Shown: positions 42,414-56,755 of the stretch, one piece after another
Position numbering within the stretch: position 1 is the stretch's first letter
Layout of the letters: every line of letters begins with the position of its first letter
Origin: Octopus vulgaris
Taxonomy: Eukaryota
Length of the DNA stretch: 64,000 nt
NCBI GenBank assembly: GCA_951406725.2
Contig: OX597816.1
Span: 146,506,001 to 146,570,000 of the forward strand
Direction of reading: 5' to 3'
The notes under the pieces: model-generated
The model's database searches: none
Seen by the model: only the letters and a program-made list of their open reading frames with translations
What the model was told of the DNA's origin: nothing
Program-made: the position numbers and the translations under genes

Positions 42414-42794
42414 TATAGAGTGCATAATGTATTTGAGGACATACTTTTTGGGGGTCATTGCTGCATTTTTTGCTAACTCTGTATAATATTTGTTTCAGAA
42501 AATAAAAATGGCAAACTCTCAGCTTATTCAGGAAATGAAGAGGTATGTTATAAAGGCGGAGCATAGCGATTTAGAAATATCTCGATTTGTATGGGTTGCT
42601 AGATCTTTCATATGCAAAGTTTTTTAAGGAGTTAGAGACTCAAGAGGGAAATGTATCACCTGTATCAAAGCGTAAAATGCATTCTAAAAGATCTGAACTC
42701 ATCAGAACAGCTGAATGTATCCAGCAAATTCAACAGACCATTGATTACATTCCCAGAAAGTCCATGAGGTCAAATGCAACAGATCTCCATGTAG
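42414..42794 (+). mobile_element. 5' part of a maT/DD37D element, same family as 16946-18102
   Basis: gtatttgaggacatac...cagctta.tca.gaaatgaagaggtat...gagcatagcgatttagaaatatctc aligns with 16960-17300. Confidence 0.9.
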
Positions 42795-42795
42795 C

Positions 42796-42881
42796 TGTCT
42801 ACCAAATCCACTCACAAGGCTTTGGTAGGCCCGAGGCAGTGGGAACCATGTGGTTGGTAAGCGAGCTACTTACCACACAGC

Positions 42882-42885
<4 letters not shown>
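42796..42885 (-). mobile_element. SINE family A fragment
   Basis: gtctaccaaatccactcacaaggctttgg...ccatgtggttggtaagc..gctacttaccacacagccact. Confidence 0.9.
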
Positions 42886-42957
<72 letters not shown>

Positions 42958-42984
42958 GGACTTTCCCTTCGAATACGTCGTATA

Positions 42985-43080
42985 GTTGTTGCTCAAGAAC
43001 GCATCACCCGGTCTAGGTACTGAAACCACGATCTCGCGATCGTGAATATCACACCCTAACCACTAGGCAATCTTACCTCA
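42985..43080 (-). mobile_element. tRNA-derived SINE head (C/D-like)
   Basis: Minus strand: gcctagtggttaggg...cgagatcgtggtttcagtacctagaccggg...gttcttgagcaa. Confidence 0.65.
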
Positions 43081-43732
43081 AACACACACACGCATACACG
43101 TATATATATATATATATATATATGTATACGCACAAACATACACACATATATATATATATATATATATACATACTTATAAATATGTGTATGTGAGTGTGCG
43201 CGTATGTTTATGATTTATGTTTTGAGGTTTTATTTTTATATCTACAAATATTTAGATATTTCAAGCATATATTACGTAGCCAGTAGCTACTTAATCTTGC
43301 ACATGTTAGCTTTTAACAAAATAATACTGTTGAGTTAGTTTTTCTCCCCTACCAAAGTAAATGTCAATTTACTCATTAAACATAGACGAAGCATATTCGG
43401 AGAGGCAAAAAATATATATAATTTTTGATGATATCGCTACTCTATATATGTAATTAAGAATGATGGGGAAATCAATTCTAACGGAAAGGGGAAAAAACCA
43501 TTGATGGAAATACTATTAATCATATCAAACTGATTTCGGAATGGTCGTATTTCTAACAACAATTAGTATAAAAATGTCAACTGCAGCAACATTAACCAGA
43601 ACCATAACGCTATTTATACAAATAATTAATATCTAATGATAATAACAATATCAGTAACGATATTATTGATCACGATAATTGCATTAATTTACTATGACTA
43701 CTATTGCTATTTCTATAACAGCAAGGAATAAA

Positions 43733-43875
<143 letters not shown>

Positions 43876-46814
43876 TATCAACAACAGTGCCTTATTCTGC
43901 AGAAAAGTAATGATTGTAAAATGAATAAACCGCAATTCCCGACTTTACAATTGGAACTGATTGCATTGTTTGCCAGTCCAGGGGAATTTTTTGTTTTGTA
44001 AGATAAAAGGGTTGTAATGTGCATTAAAATCATTTGCGTTTGTATTGTTATCAGTAGGAAACATATTTAAACACAGGCAGAGAACCTGAAATCTTATGTA
44101 ATCAGTGCAATGACGAACAGTCTTAGGTAACACAACTTGACATCTATGCATTCAACAAAAATGTTATGTTTATATGTACGTTTGAAATGACGGAGATGAT
44201 GGCGTTTGTTTTTGTTCTATTGCAAATAAATGCATTTTATGTGAGTGACATGGATAATGTTCTTTAAGAAACAAGTATTGCACCACCTTCCCATCTTCTA
44301 TATTGTCATTTTAATATCTAGTACTGTAGGAACTCTATGTTCATAATTTATAAAACCTTAAGGTTTTTATGCTAGTACAGTGTCAAAAAAGGATAAATAG
44401 TGAATATTAGGGCTCAAATACAAGTAATCTAGTTGTGAGACATAATTCATTTATATACTTTCCTTCGATGTGGAAAGTATTTCACGTAGATGAACGAGAA
44501 ATAAATATCATCCTATATCGTATGCTTTCTAAAATATGATTATGCAAACGTATATGCGCGTACGAACCAAGCCATTAAACATCAAATGATACTAACTTGA
44601 CAAAACTCTAAGCAAGTGATGTATTTTCTAGTTTCGATTGAATTTGGTTTCATATAAGTTAGTAAGCAGCTTAAAGATAACGATGGCGTTTTCTTCACTT
44701 AAATTACTGAGGTACAATAAACACAGGGGGCTATAATTAAGATCGAGTATAAGGAAATATTTTATATATAAATAATTATGTATAGACTAAATATAGACAA
44801 ATTTTATATATAGGAAATCGATTTTTATGAAAAGAAATCATTGTGAAACGGAAAAAAACTAGAGATCAAGAGTCATAAATGATGGAATACTAGATGAAAT
44901 TAAATGTCTGATATCTATTTAATAGAAAGTCTCTCTTTATTATAAACTTTTCATTCGCTTGTGCAATTAAGGAAGGGATTTAGCTGAAATATTAGCGCTT
45001 CCAATTGAATGTGTTCGATATTTTCGTGTCTACAACCTTAGCTTATAACTGATTAGGATCGAATTTAATTTTCGTTTCTCAGAAAGCAAGTAATGAGAAA
45101 TAGGTACTTATATCTATTATCGTATGCGTAAAATACATTAAGATTAATAATAACAAAATGGAATTAGAAAGGTAAAATCGGAAGTGTCCCGGAATAAATA
45201 GCATGAATCATTGAATTATATCTCTTTGATATCAGGAGTTAAAATAGAAATGAATTTCATATGCACATCCACTCTCATTGTCCTTCAACACGAACTATAA
45301 ACTTGGAACGAGCAGCACTGCAACATTTTGAATAAATAGTAGAAACGCCAACGTTCTTTTCTTGAAATATTATCCGACACATTCGCAAGAGAAATTAATA
45401 CTGATGAATATCAAATACTATTTTAATATTTTCACAATCTAAGCAGTAACTTTCTACACTTTAGAATTAATAACTTCGCTTCTATTGATATCAATGAGAG
45501 ATTTTATCAGTTTTATAGCATCATTCTCTATTACAACGTGAATATTGTGAATATTGAAACCACATAGCTGTTACCAACGGCTAGTTACTTAATTCTTTTT
45601 GATTTCATATCCTACGGACCTATGCAGGCATAAGTGTTTGTTACCTGTTTGTGCGTGTGAGTTGTATATGAGTGTATATGTGTGCATCTATATATGCATA
45701 TATGTACACACATACTCACATATATACATGTATATATATATATATATATATTATGTATGTATGTATGTATGTATGTATTTGCGTGTATAATCAAATAAAT
45801 TACATGAAATATTCAAAGGAAAAAAATGATTGTTTGCATTTATTGATTAATTACACATGTAAATGTGATTACCAAAGAATTAATTTTTGCTAATGTATTT
45901 TGTAGACGTAATATAGAATATGTAAGTCTGCTAAAAGAAAATAAATTACAATATTGATTACATACATAGGCACTACGCCGTTGATTCATGTGAAATTTGA
46001 ACATACACTGTCTGAATCAAACTTTATATACACTGATGTGATAACGATAATGAATCTGAAGACATAAGCGGTGAGATCGTGTGAGAAGGTACAAGTAAAG
46101 CTCATATCATGATAGAAAATGTGTATGATTTCATAGCACTTTGATATATTTTAGTTAATTGATTTCTTAGGCGCTTAATATTCGGGAGCAGCCAAACGTA
46201 CTCTTTCCTTTTATTCGTGACGCATGATAACACTGAGGATATGAAAGTCTGTCCAGAGAGTGCTAGTCAAATACCCAGCTAATACTCATTTTCAACTGCA
46301 TTGAAATAAACAACATAAAACGGAACACAAGTTTCAACCATACAATCGTTATAACAAGAGTTCCTTATTTATAAGCTTTTTGGAAAATTAGATAAATGTA
46401 TTAGACTTTTAGAAGAATTATTAAAAAGAAAATGTTACAAAAAATTTTAACCAGATGAGTTTTATATAATGCGCACATGTAGATGTGCGTGTGTGAGTGT
46501 GTATGTGTGCGTATGTGTGTATATGTTTGCGTGTGTTATACTATAAAGTTCATGACCAAGTTGGATGAAATTGGCCAGAAACTTAGTTATATATAAAGAC
46601 ACTCACGCGCAGGCATTCGCAATCATATTCATACACTCTCACACATACACTCATGCCCTACATAGTGACTAAAGCACGGTGCTTTATGCTGATTACTCAT
46701 ATGCCAAAACAAATGATCACGGCTCCCACATAGCAACTTAACTTTTTCTGCAATGCACTATCCATCATTGAACTCTAAAAGTTATAATTTTTTTTAAATA
46801 TACATACATGTACC

Positions 46815-46933
46815 TGTTGTGTGGACGCCCCCAGACGATGAAGTAGGCTAGCCCAATACGTAGATATAGAGGGAGAAGCCTAGACATCGTAGAGTAGCAG
46901 AGTAGTAGAGACATCAGAACGTTCGACATAACA
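46815..46933. mobile_element. 119-bp TG...CA element with 5-bp TSD (solo-LTR-like)
   Basis: GTACC|TGTTGTGTGGAC...GTTCGACATAACA|GTACC; short terminal inverted repeat; GC-richer than the flanks. Confidence 0.65.
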
Positions 46934-47114
46934 GTACCAGAAATGGACTTGATGACAGTCTATCAATTTTTCTCAGTTAATCAATTGAGTAAACTAATGT
47001 ATCTATAACGATACTGGGAACAGCCGTAAAGAAAATGTGTAATGATCATTATTTTCTAATGACTATTATTTATAAATTTGTCATATATATGTGTGTGTGT
47101 GTGTGTGTGTGCGC

Positions 47115-47145
<31 letters not shown>

Positions 47146-49534
47146 CGTTTATATATATATATATAATTTTCAACCAGCTTACTAACACTGCATTCAATAA
47201 TTTGAAATTGAGATCCTTTATAGATATGAGTGGTATGTTTACTACAAATTTATTTATACGCATGAATCTTCCTTTCATCAACGTACTTAATATATCTTAT
47301 ATTTCAATTCTCATTCTCTTCCTGTATGAAACAAAAGAGTTAGTTTGCTACAATGAAAAAGGAAATAATGTAACAGCATTCTCATTGCATAGCGCATATA
47401 ATCTATTATTCTTCCCCTTAAATGTGAGAACCTGCGATTCTTTCAAAAAGAATATCTGCATCCGGTGACTTAAAGGCAATCATATATTTCCGCTGTGTGA
47501 CACATGGTAATGAAATTAACGACAATAAGATATGTGTAATGCAAAAGTTTGTACATATGTGTGTATGTGCGAGCAAACTTGTATGCGTCTGTGGTTCGTG
47601 TTTGCGTAAATGTGCGTGTGTGAGTGTGTGCGTATGTCTTCGTGTATATATTCCTATACGGATGTGCACAAGTGTACTTGAATGTGTGTGTGAGTATATA
47701 TATATATATAAATATATCAGAGATGCATTTTAGTAAACTGTAAGGAAGAGAATTTCCAGAGAGTTGGTCACATTTGAGCTCCTTATATATATATATACTT
47801 CATATAACTTTCTATATATTGTTTTATCGTTATCATTATATTTTGCTTTTGATTTTCATCTTTTTAATTATGATATATATATTCCTGGAGAAATACTAGT
47901 GTATTTACAAAGAAGAGTAGAAAAACATATTAAATGTAGGATGAAATTAAATTTATTATTGCAAATGTATACACTCACTTTATAGTTTACAAAGTATATT
48001 ATCTCTTATATATTTGCCACCACTGTGTCTAAAGATGGAACTTTCTGTTGGTTTGGTGTAATCTATACCAACAGGAAGTCTCCCAATCAACATTGTAAAC
48101 ATGCAACAGTATTCTCGTGATGCTGATATTCACAGATCGCCATGTTGGTTGAAGGTTTGATATAATGCATCGCTGATTGCTGTGTAGAAAATGACAGCCC
48201 TTCCGCTGCTGGTCGAGAAATCAGACTTGGTAACAACGTAATTTCCGGATATCTCCTTCTCAAAAAAACAACAACATATAATATAATCAATTCTTGAATA
48301 ATCAATACTCTGTTTGAACAACGTTAATGAATTTTTAGGGAGTAAATTCAATCAATCTTTCTTGGAGGAGTATTAGCTTTGCATGTGATGGTATGAAGTA
48401 GAATAAGACAACAATTTCATCTAAATTGGGATATTTGGTGATAAAGATTACGTTGTTAAAATGCTTGGAGATGTGATGATCGTTGTAACAGGAAACACAG
48501 AAAGGTAGCGTATATTTTACTAAATGATGCTTACTATAATTAATACGTAATTCAGACACATTTATATGCCATTAAATGTTATTTATATTATTTTCTTCTG
48601 GCGTACATTATAGTTTATCGATTTATATTCATAGCATAATTGAGTTAATTTAACATGAATTCTTTCATAATTCCTGTTTAAAAATAAAATATCTTTGATA
48701 TCTTGTAATAGAACTGTAAACAGTTAGAATAAAAATTAAGTTTTAATCTCACTTAATATGGTTGAAAATTAATTTTCTTTTTATTTTAAAATAAGATTAT
48801 ACACAATCCGAGCGTCTAGACAATTTTGTGTATCTACAAGCAAATTACCTTTTAAAGATGTGTTTTAATAAATTGATAATACTAATCGAAACGCATAGTT
48901 ACTAAATTAATACAGCTTTTGTTATGTAGAAATGGCTGGTATGGTTTCAGTTGTCTTATGTAGCACAGCATGTATGCCGAAAGTGTGACAATGGAAGCCT
49001 GGTCAGTTTTTATTACGATTTTAAATGTGGTCAGTTTTATCACTAGTGACTATTGCTTAAATATGAAAGGTACTTTGCTTCATCTCCTGCTGTGAATATT
49101 CAAATAACAGCCTTATTAATGTAAGTAATGTAGAAGAAGATTTATTAATATTTGTTATGTGCTTCAATCCCAATTTAGATTGAAAATGTTTCGTCAAGAG
49201 TAATTTGTTTCACCTACCGCCATTTCCATCTGGATTTCGAATTATAAATGGCTGATTAAAAATATTTTATTTTATGATCACATGATCACTGGAACACAGA
49301 ATTCATACAATGAAAACCATTTACTTCTTGGCGATTCAGGTTAATGAACCTGTTTTTGCAAATTCAGCCTATAATTAATTGTGGAAGAAAATAATGCCAT
49401 AATTAAAGAGATCGTTTGTTTTTTTCAGAAGTAATAAAATTGTTTAAATATTTCCAAGCTTAAAGATGAGGCAGTGGTTAAGGCATACTACATGTCGAGA
49501 TATAAATATATGCAATAGAAACCAAATATTTTGT

Positions 49535-49857
49535 TGTATCTTTTATCTTTTACTTCTTTTAATTATTGGAAGGTTCTTATTATATTGATCTATTTTTACG
49601 AACCGCTATTTTACGAGGCATTAAGCACAATAACTCGGCGTTCAAGCACAAGGACACTCGCACACACAGACGTATACACGCTAACACACATATACACACG
49701 TATATATACACGACGACCGGACTTCTTTCAGTTTACGTCGACAAGGCTTTGGTCGACGCGAAGCTATACTAAAAGACCCCTGTCCAAGATGTCACGTAGA
49801 GAGACTGAACCTAGAACCACGTGGCTGTGAAATAGCTACCACACAACCACCCCTGCG
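49535..49857 (-). mobile_element. SINE family A, diverged
   Basis: cgaaccgcta...cttctttcagttt.cgtc.acaaggctttggtcg...gactgaacc.agaaccacgtgg...accacaca.ccac. Confidence 0.8.
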
Positions 49858-51022
49858 CTGGGTGTCGAGTTGCAAAATAGCATCGGGTATCGACTCAGCC
49901 GGGCAAGACACCCCAGTTGTAACGTTAGAGCCAGCCTTACACATGCTGATGCATAGGAGCCATTACAGCAACAACCTCGTTCCCCATGCAAGTCAGGGCG
50001 TCTAGCGGCTTCATGCTCTTCGATTTAGTTTTATACTACATATACTTTTTACTAATTACCATCTATATACATATAACTCCAAGGTTGTACTAAATGCACA
50101 TTCGCTTCTTATACACAGGTTATACTTTTAGGGAGAATTAGGTACTTTTTAATGTATAATAAATATCTTGAAGCACACTAATTACGAGATAGTTTTCACT
50201 TGAAGATTATTCACGAAAAAATAACAGAATAGCAGACTCCAAATTCTTATATTATATATTAATACAATCGATTATTCCCACGTTCGTAATTTCTGTTCAT
50301 GCGCTACCTGTCGCCTTACATTTGATTCTTATTATTGATATTATAATCTATGTGTTGTGAGTGTAGTACTGGAAATTTGCTTTTATGTTTCCTTTCCTCT
50401 CAAATTTGTGTATACGCAATGGCAGTGTTTTATTCAACATACTCACCTAATACAACATCATCTGAAGATAACAAGAGATTTTCTAAAATTATAATTGAAA
50501 ATTCCAAGAGTAGCTGCATTCACATGATACTCTTATTAATTTCATACTGAAAGTTTAGATTTACTCTTTAATTGTGAAGTCCGCTATCTTAATATTTCTG
50601 GGATATCACACTCCGAGCTTACATAACGTATAATAGGACCGAAATACAATATACACAGTCAACGTTGGTTGTATTTAAGCGAAGAAGAGTAAGTAAACAT
50701 AATTTCTAAACAAGATCTAACCAAAATAGTCATAACTGGAACGGTTTGGATGATAGAATCACTTAAGGGCAATAACATGAGCCTAAGTAAGGAAACATTA
50801 ACACAATTGTGTTTCCCCGTCAATTCATTCCTTAAATGCCATGTCACAAGCAGACAATGGAATGAAGCATCATTGCTACATAGTATCTCTCAACGTTCTA
50901 TATCCAATTTGCAACTGATTTACTTTGAGATAGTATTTGCTTTGATTACAGTTGTATCAGAATAGTAAGCATCTCTTCAATGTAATATAATGTACTTCCA
51001 TGTATGTATATGTGTATGTATC

Positions 51023-51083
<61 letters not shown>

Positions 51084-51876
51084 TAAATTAGAGATAAAAC
51101 CACTATTAGGCAAATCAAACAGTGAAAATCATAAGCCAATACATAGAAAAAAAGTAATTTAAAAATATAAGATATAAATATAAAAAATATAAAAAATAAA
51201 ATTCCAGATTAGAATATTTAAATTAAAGTTAAAATCTTAAAAATTATTTAAATAATCTAAACTTATAAATTTTAAATATATATATATATTTATGATACAA
51301 AACCTCGCTAAGCTAAGTATATATATTTATATTTAAGATCTTTGAATGTTAATATTTTATATTATATAATATTTTATATGGTTAAAATTCGAAGAATTAA
51401 ACTACGTTAAACTTATAAATTACAATTTTCTCAAAAAAGCCAAGTAAAAATAATGTTTTCTTTTGACACCAGTATACGAAGTTTCAAATTGCTTAGTTAA
51501 CTAGAAATTGTGTTGAATTCCGTCCATCAAAAGGAAAAAATCCCAGATATATTCTACAAACTCAACTCCATTTTGACACAAAGTGGTTTCCAGAGCCAAT
51601 AGAATTTCTCATTTATACTTAAATTTCTGCAATGCCAGATTTTTGTATTTTGCATTCTATGCAAGCTGTTAAGATGCTAGAGGACAATGTGAAATACTGG
51701 AATATTGAGTCATAAACTTAGTTGCAGGATCGCCTAGATAATTATAAGACGTTATCTCAAATATCCAGGATATACTAGTGCGCTGTATTATTTAGTGGAG
51801 GAGAAAACTTTGAAATTCATTCGACATGTATTCTACTTAGAAAAAAAGTGAAATTGTTGATACAAAAGTACGTGAG

Positions 51877-51877
<1 letters not shown>

Positions 51878-51907
<30 letters not shown>

Positions 51908-51908
51908 G

Positions 51909-51970
<62 letters not shown>

Positions 51971-51975
51971 CATAC

Positions 51976-52045
<70 letters not shown>
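51878..52045. repeat. (GATA)n microsatellite
   Basis: Direct reading. Confidence 0.95.
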
Positions 52046-52872
52046 GAATGGATGCAGTGGGCTGAGTGATAAGCCAGATTCTTGAAATATTGAGTCTAGT
52101 CTTTCGACTCAACTGAGAAAACTAGAGAAATTGAAGATATGTCAGATCTCAAAATACTTTTTTCTCACGCGTGTGCTATACTACAATAATTTAGCATGTG
52201 ACTTTTATCAGTAGTATCGTATGTAACTTTTATCTGCCTCACACGTACATAATCAAAACGGGACCAAAATCAAAAGGAGTACAACATAATTCTCTCTGGC
52301 AATATGCATAAATCATCTGCAAATTTCTTCAACAAGAGCAAAGAAACTTCTATGACACAGAAATGCCACATATCTTAAGAAACCCTACGAAGTATTCATA
52401 GCTGAATGCAATGTTCCAATATAGACTTAACCGTATGGCTAAAAAAATGAAGAACTTAAAAAGCTTCTACTTATATAGATACGTATAGAGGAAAAGAAAA
52501 TATACCAGTTTTATTTCCGACTTTTATATTATTATAGATATCATCTGAAGTAATCGGTATTCAATAACATTTCAAAGATAACAGAATCACAAGCCACATA
52601 AACCATCGACATAAAAGCTGTTATCAAACAACCTTTGATATTACACATCATTGATTAGCTTGATTAGCATCTACTCATTTGCCCTAGCATGAGTTTATTG
52701 AAACATAGACGTGGAGCGTATATTAATTTAACTTGCTATCAAAGCCATGTAACCTTCATTTGTATTTTTTTACTTCATTATGCGTCTTGTCGTGGTTTTT
52801 TTTTCTAAAAATGGAAGCAAAATACGGATTAATTCGTATACACAAACATGTGATGTGTATGTGAGTTAAAAC

Positions 52873-52922
<50 letters not shown>

Positions 52923-53298
52923 ATATATATATATATATACGTTTTTATATGTATGTATGTATATATATATATATGTGTGTGTGTTTTTATATGTATGTAA
53001 ATATATATATTTATATATAAGTGCGTGTGTGAGTGTGAGTGTCTGTGTCTACATATATGCGAGGGAGCAAATATATATTGGTAATAAGTTGAAGAAACAA
53101 AAATGCAAAAACTAGGAACTCAGTATGATATTGAGATCTGTCATATTTAATGGTACTGTAAAATATCGCTGAGGATAATTTTCCATTTTGTGTTCGTGAT
53201 CAAGCTAGTAATTACACATAACTGTACACACTCCTAGAGTGAATCACATACATAATACACACATAGAAATATACAAATATTCATACATACATGCATAC

Positions 53299-53361
<63 letters not shown>

Positions 53362-53362
<1 letters not shown>

Positions 53363-53454
53363 TAGTCGTCAACTGAACTTGACTAAGTGTATAAACAGTA
53401 CTTATATTGGTAAAATGTTATTCGCACACTTAGTCAAGTTTAGCTGACGACTAT
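53362..53454. repeat. 29-bp inverted repeat hairpin / tiny MITE
   Basis: Arms 53362-53390 and 53426-53454 give 27/29 Watson-Crick pairs; 35-nt spacer. Confidence 0.85.
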
Positions 53455-53936
53455 AATTTTCCTTTACAGTATAACGTTGAAAACAGCTTTTTATTAATTT
53501 TAGTATATGCTTATATTTTTATGGTGAAAATACATATACTCTCATAGGTGAACTATATTGGAGCATTTTATCCCCTCTTTCTAGCATTATAGTCTATGGT
53601 GATTACAAAGGTACGGCATCTCGGAAAACTTACTCTGATCGTTCTGATAAGAATAAAATGTGATTTCTTCTAAAGTTACCCCTCAATAATCCAACCGATC
53701 AATACCAGGTTGTACCTGGATTCCGTTCAAACCAACAGAACTAGATCTTGCTTGCAAGGTCTTTCTCTTAATGTTTGGAAATGACGTATATGTCAGTTAG
53801 AATGGGGTCGAGTTAACTGATGTCTCCATAAGCTAGTATGGCAGTACTCTGTCGGACACATTCATACCTTTGCATCACTGCAGTAGATATCATGAGAAGA
53901 AACTCTCATTTTGTTTTTTTGGTGAACAATACTCAC

Positions 53937-54057
53937 TTGATAAATCATCGCCATCTCCGAGACCACTAGAACAGGTGATTTCTTTGTTCTCATCATTGAT
54001 GGACGCTAGACAATTCAAGAAAATAAAACTCATAGCAGACACAGTTGACCAATAGCA
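53937..54057 (-). other. Candidate 121-nt spliced exon of an unidentified gene
   Basis: Acceptor cccatttttcag|, donor CAA|gtgagt. One open frame: CYWSTVSAMSFIFLNCLASINDENKEITCSSGLGDGDDLS. No homology recognised. Confidence 0.3.
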
Positions 54058-54384
54058 CTGAAAAATGGGAATCGTTTCCAAAATTATATTATACTTTGTG
54101 ATAAAACACTGGATTTTCGAAAATGAATTGTGAAATTCTATGTGGTAAATTAGAGTTTTAGTCCAAGGTTTGTGAACTAAATAACAGTAAAATATAATAA
54201 AGCATAGTGAGTTCTGACTGGTACCACTGGAATTATATTTCAAGAACTAAAACCTACGAATGTGGACCTATGGAGACTGAAAATTCAAACTCACATGTCA
54301 ATTGCGGTTCAAACAGGTAAAATTAAAATGTATAATACTTTACAACAATTTTTTTTAAATCAAGTCACCGACGAACGCACAACC

Positions 54385-54650
54385 TAGAGATGCTTTTATG
54401 GAAGACCAGCAGTCATCCATGCGTAGCAGCGCCCGTTCTCCACGCCACTAACGTTATCCAAGGGAAAGGCAAAGCCGATAGAGCTTGGCACCAGTGACGT
54501 CGTAACTCATTTCTAGAGCTGAGTGAAATAGAGCAACGTGAATATAAAGGGTCTTGCTCAAGAACACAACACGTAGTCCGATCCAGAAATCGAACTCACC
54601 AAGCGATCGATAGTAAGCTCGACGCTCTAATCACTGAGCTATGCGCCTTC
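54385..54650 (-). mobile_element. SINE family C (tRNA head, CORE-like body)
   Basis: Minus strand: ggcgcatagctcagtgattagagcg A box, gagttcgatttc B box, gtgttcttgagcaag...cactcagct...ttgcctttcccttggataac. Confidence 0.85.
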
Positions 54651-54699
54651 ATATATAAAATATACGTATGTGTGTGTATATATGTATATTCTCTTATAC

Positions 54700-55070
54700 T
54701 GTTTTACCCATTTACTTGTTTCAGTCATTTGGCTGTGGCCATGCTGGAGCAGCGCCTTTAGTAGAGCAAATCGACCCCAGAACTTATTCTTTGTAAGCTT
54801 AGCACTCATTCTATCGGTCTCTTTTGCCGAACCACTAAGTTGCGGTGACGTAAACACACCAGCATCGGTTGTCAAAAGATGTTGGGGGAACAAACACAGA
54901 CACACGAACTTATACACATACATACATATATATACATATTTCTGTCTACCAAATCCACTCCCACGGCTTTGATCGGCCCGCGGCTATAGTAGAAGACACT
55001 TGCCCAAGGTGCCACGCAGTGGCACAGAACCCAGAACAATGTGGTTGGTAAGGAAGCTACTCCTGCGCCT
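54700..55070 (-). mobile_element. SINE family A, near full length
   Basis: Aligns in reverse complement with 60968-61365 and 19939-20278; includes cacttgcccaaggtgccacgcagtgg (CORE-like). Confidence 0.92.
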
Positions 55071-55176
55071 ATATATATATATATGTATGTATGAGTGTAA
55101 TTATGTATGTATGTATGTATGTATGTATGTGTGTAATTATGTATGCATGTATGTTTGTATGTGTATGCATATTTAT

Positions 55177-55365
55177 GGTGAGGCAAGGTTGCACAAGCGA
55201 TAGCACACCGGGAAAATAGATAGCAGCAATTCGTCCGTCTGCATGTTCTGAGTTAAATTCCGCTGTGGTCTAGTTTGTCTCTCAGTCTTTCGGGATCTAC
55301 AAAATAAGTATTAGTCAGTATGCACCCTCCCTCTATCTTGCTTGTCTTACGTTAAAATTTGAAAC
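55177..55365 (+). mobile_element. SINE family B, diverged
   Basis: ggtgag...tagcacaccgg..aaat...ttcgtccgtct...gttctgagtt.aattccgc...ctttcggg. Confidence 0.75.
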
Positions 55366-55557
55366 CAATGCGAATGTGTGTGTGCCTCTGCCTGTGTGCG
55401 AGTGTGTGTCCATGCGTATGTATGTACATATGTATGCAGATATGAATGTAGTTAGGTTGGTAGGTAAGAGAGTAGGTAGGTAGTTAGGTGGGCGGGTGGT
55501 TAGGTAGGTACGTATACGTGTGTATATATATGTGTATATATATATGTATATATATAT

Positions 55558-55730
55558 ATTATATAAAAGGGTTAGTAAATAAATTACTTCACATACGAAC
55601 TCATTAGAAATAGTAGCTAAAAACTTTTTTAAAACTATTTCTAATAGTTTTAAAAAGTTTTTTAGCTACTATTTCTAATGAGTTCAGTATGTGGCAAAGT
55701 AATTTATTTTACTAAGCCCTTTTATATAAT
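55558..55730. repeat. ~170-bp fold-back (palindromic) inverted duplication
   Basis: Arms 55558-55639 and 55643-55730 around a 3-nt centre; differences are small indels only. Confidence 0.92.
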
Positions 55731-55839
55731 GTAATAATTTGAATTCGCCTTAAATGGTCCCTTTACATACTGAATACTTGGTGAAATTGATTAATAATTA
55801 ATTAATTTTACCCTCAATTGTTGTATATATATATATGTA

Positions 55840-55889
<50 letters not shown>

Positions 55890-56365
55890 CACGTGCACGT
55901 GCTCTTACAGACACTCACGAGAACTTGGTGTATCAATAATTGTGTACACGAGCATCTGGCCGTATACGTGTGTATCAAATATGCGAGTACGTGCTATTTC
56001 AAGAATTTTATAGCTCATCTAGAAAGCGGACAATTATGCACGACTGATTGCGTTATATTATATTAGCGGACGGCAAATGATGAAGAGTAGGTTGTAGTCT
56101 TTCGAAATTAATTAATTTCGATTAGGTTCATCAAGATAATCAACCCCGATATATGAAAAGGTATTGACAGATTCATGAAGTAAGTAACTCACTTGTCACA
56201 ATTCTTCAGTAAAACTGAATAAATATATTCTCTCTGTGCTTCGTTCTCTTGCGTATATATCTAAGTATGTTTGTATAAATCTCCACGTACGTACATTTAT
56301 ACATACATACACACTCTCACGAACACGCACCAACGCATGCGCGCACGCACAAATACATACACACG

Positions 56366-56439
<74 letters not shown>

Positions 56440-56617
56440 CTAACTTTAGGAAAGTCAAGTAAAATTCAACCGAATTGAAAGTGGTCGTTTCCATCATATC
56501 GTTTACATGATGTACTTTAAAGCTACAACTTGTCTGATATTTTTTCCTTTACAGCTAATGAAGATCATTAATATATTAGCACATTAATATATTAGTAAAA
56601 TAAATTCTGCCTATTGG

Positions 56618-56678
<61 letters not shown>

Positions 56679-56685
56679 CATATAT

Positions 56686-56755
<70 letters not shown>

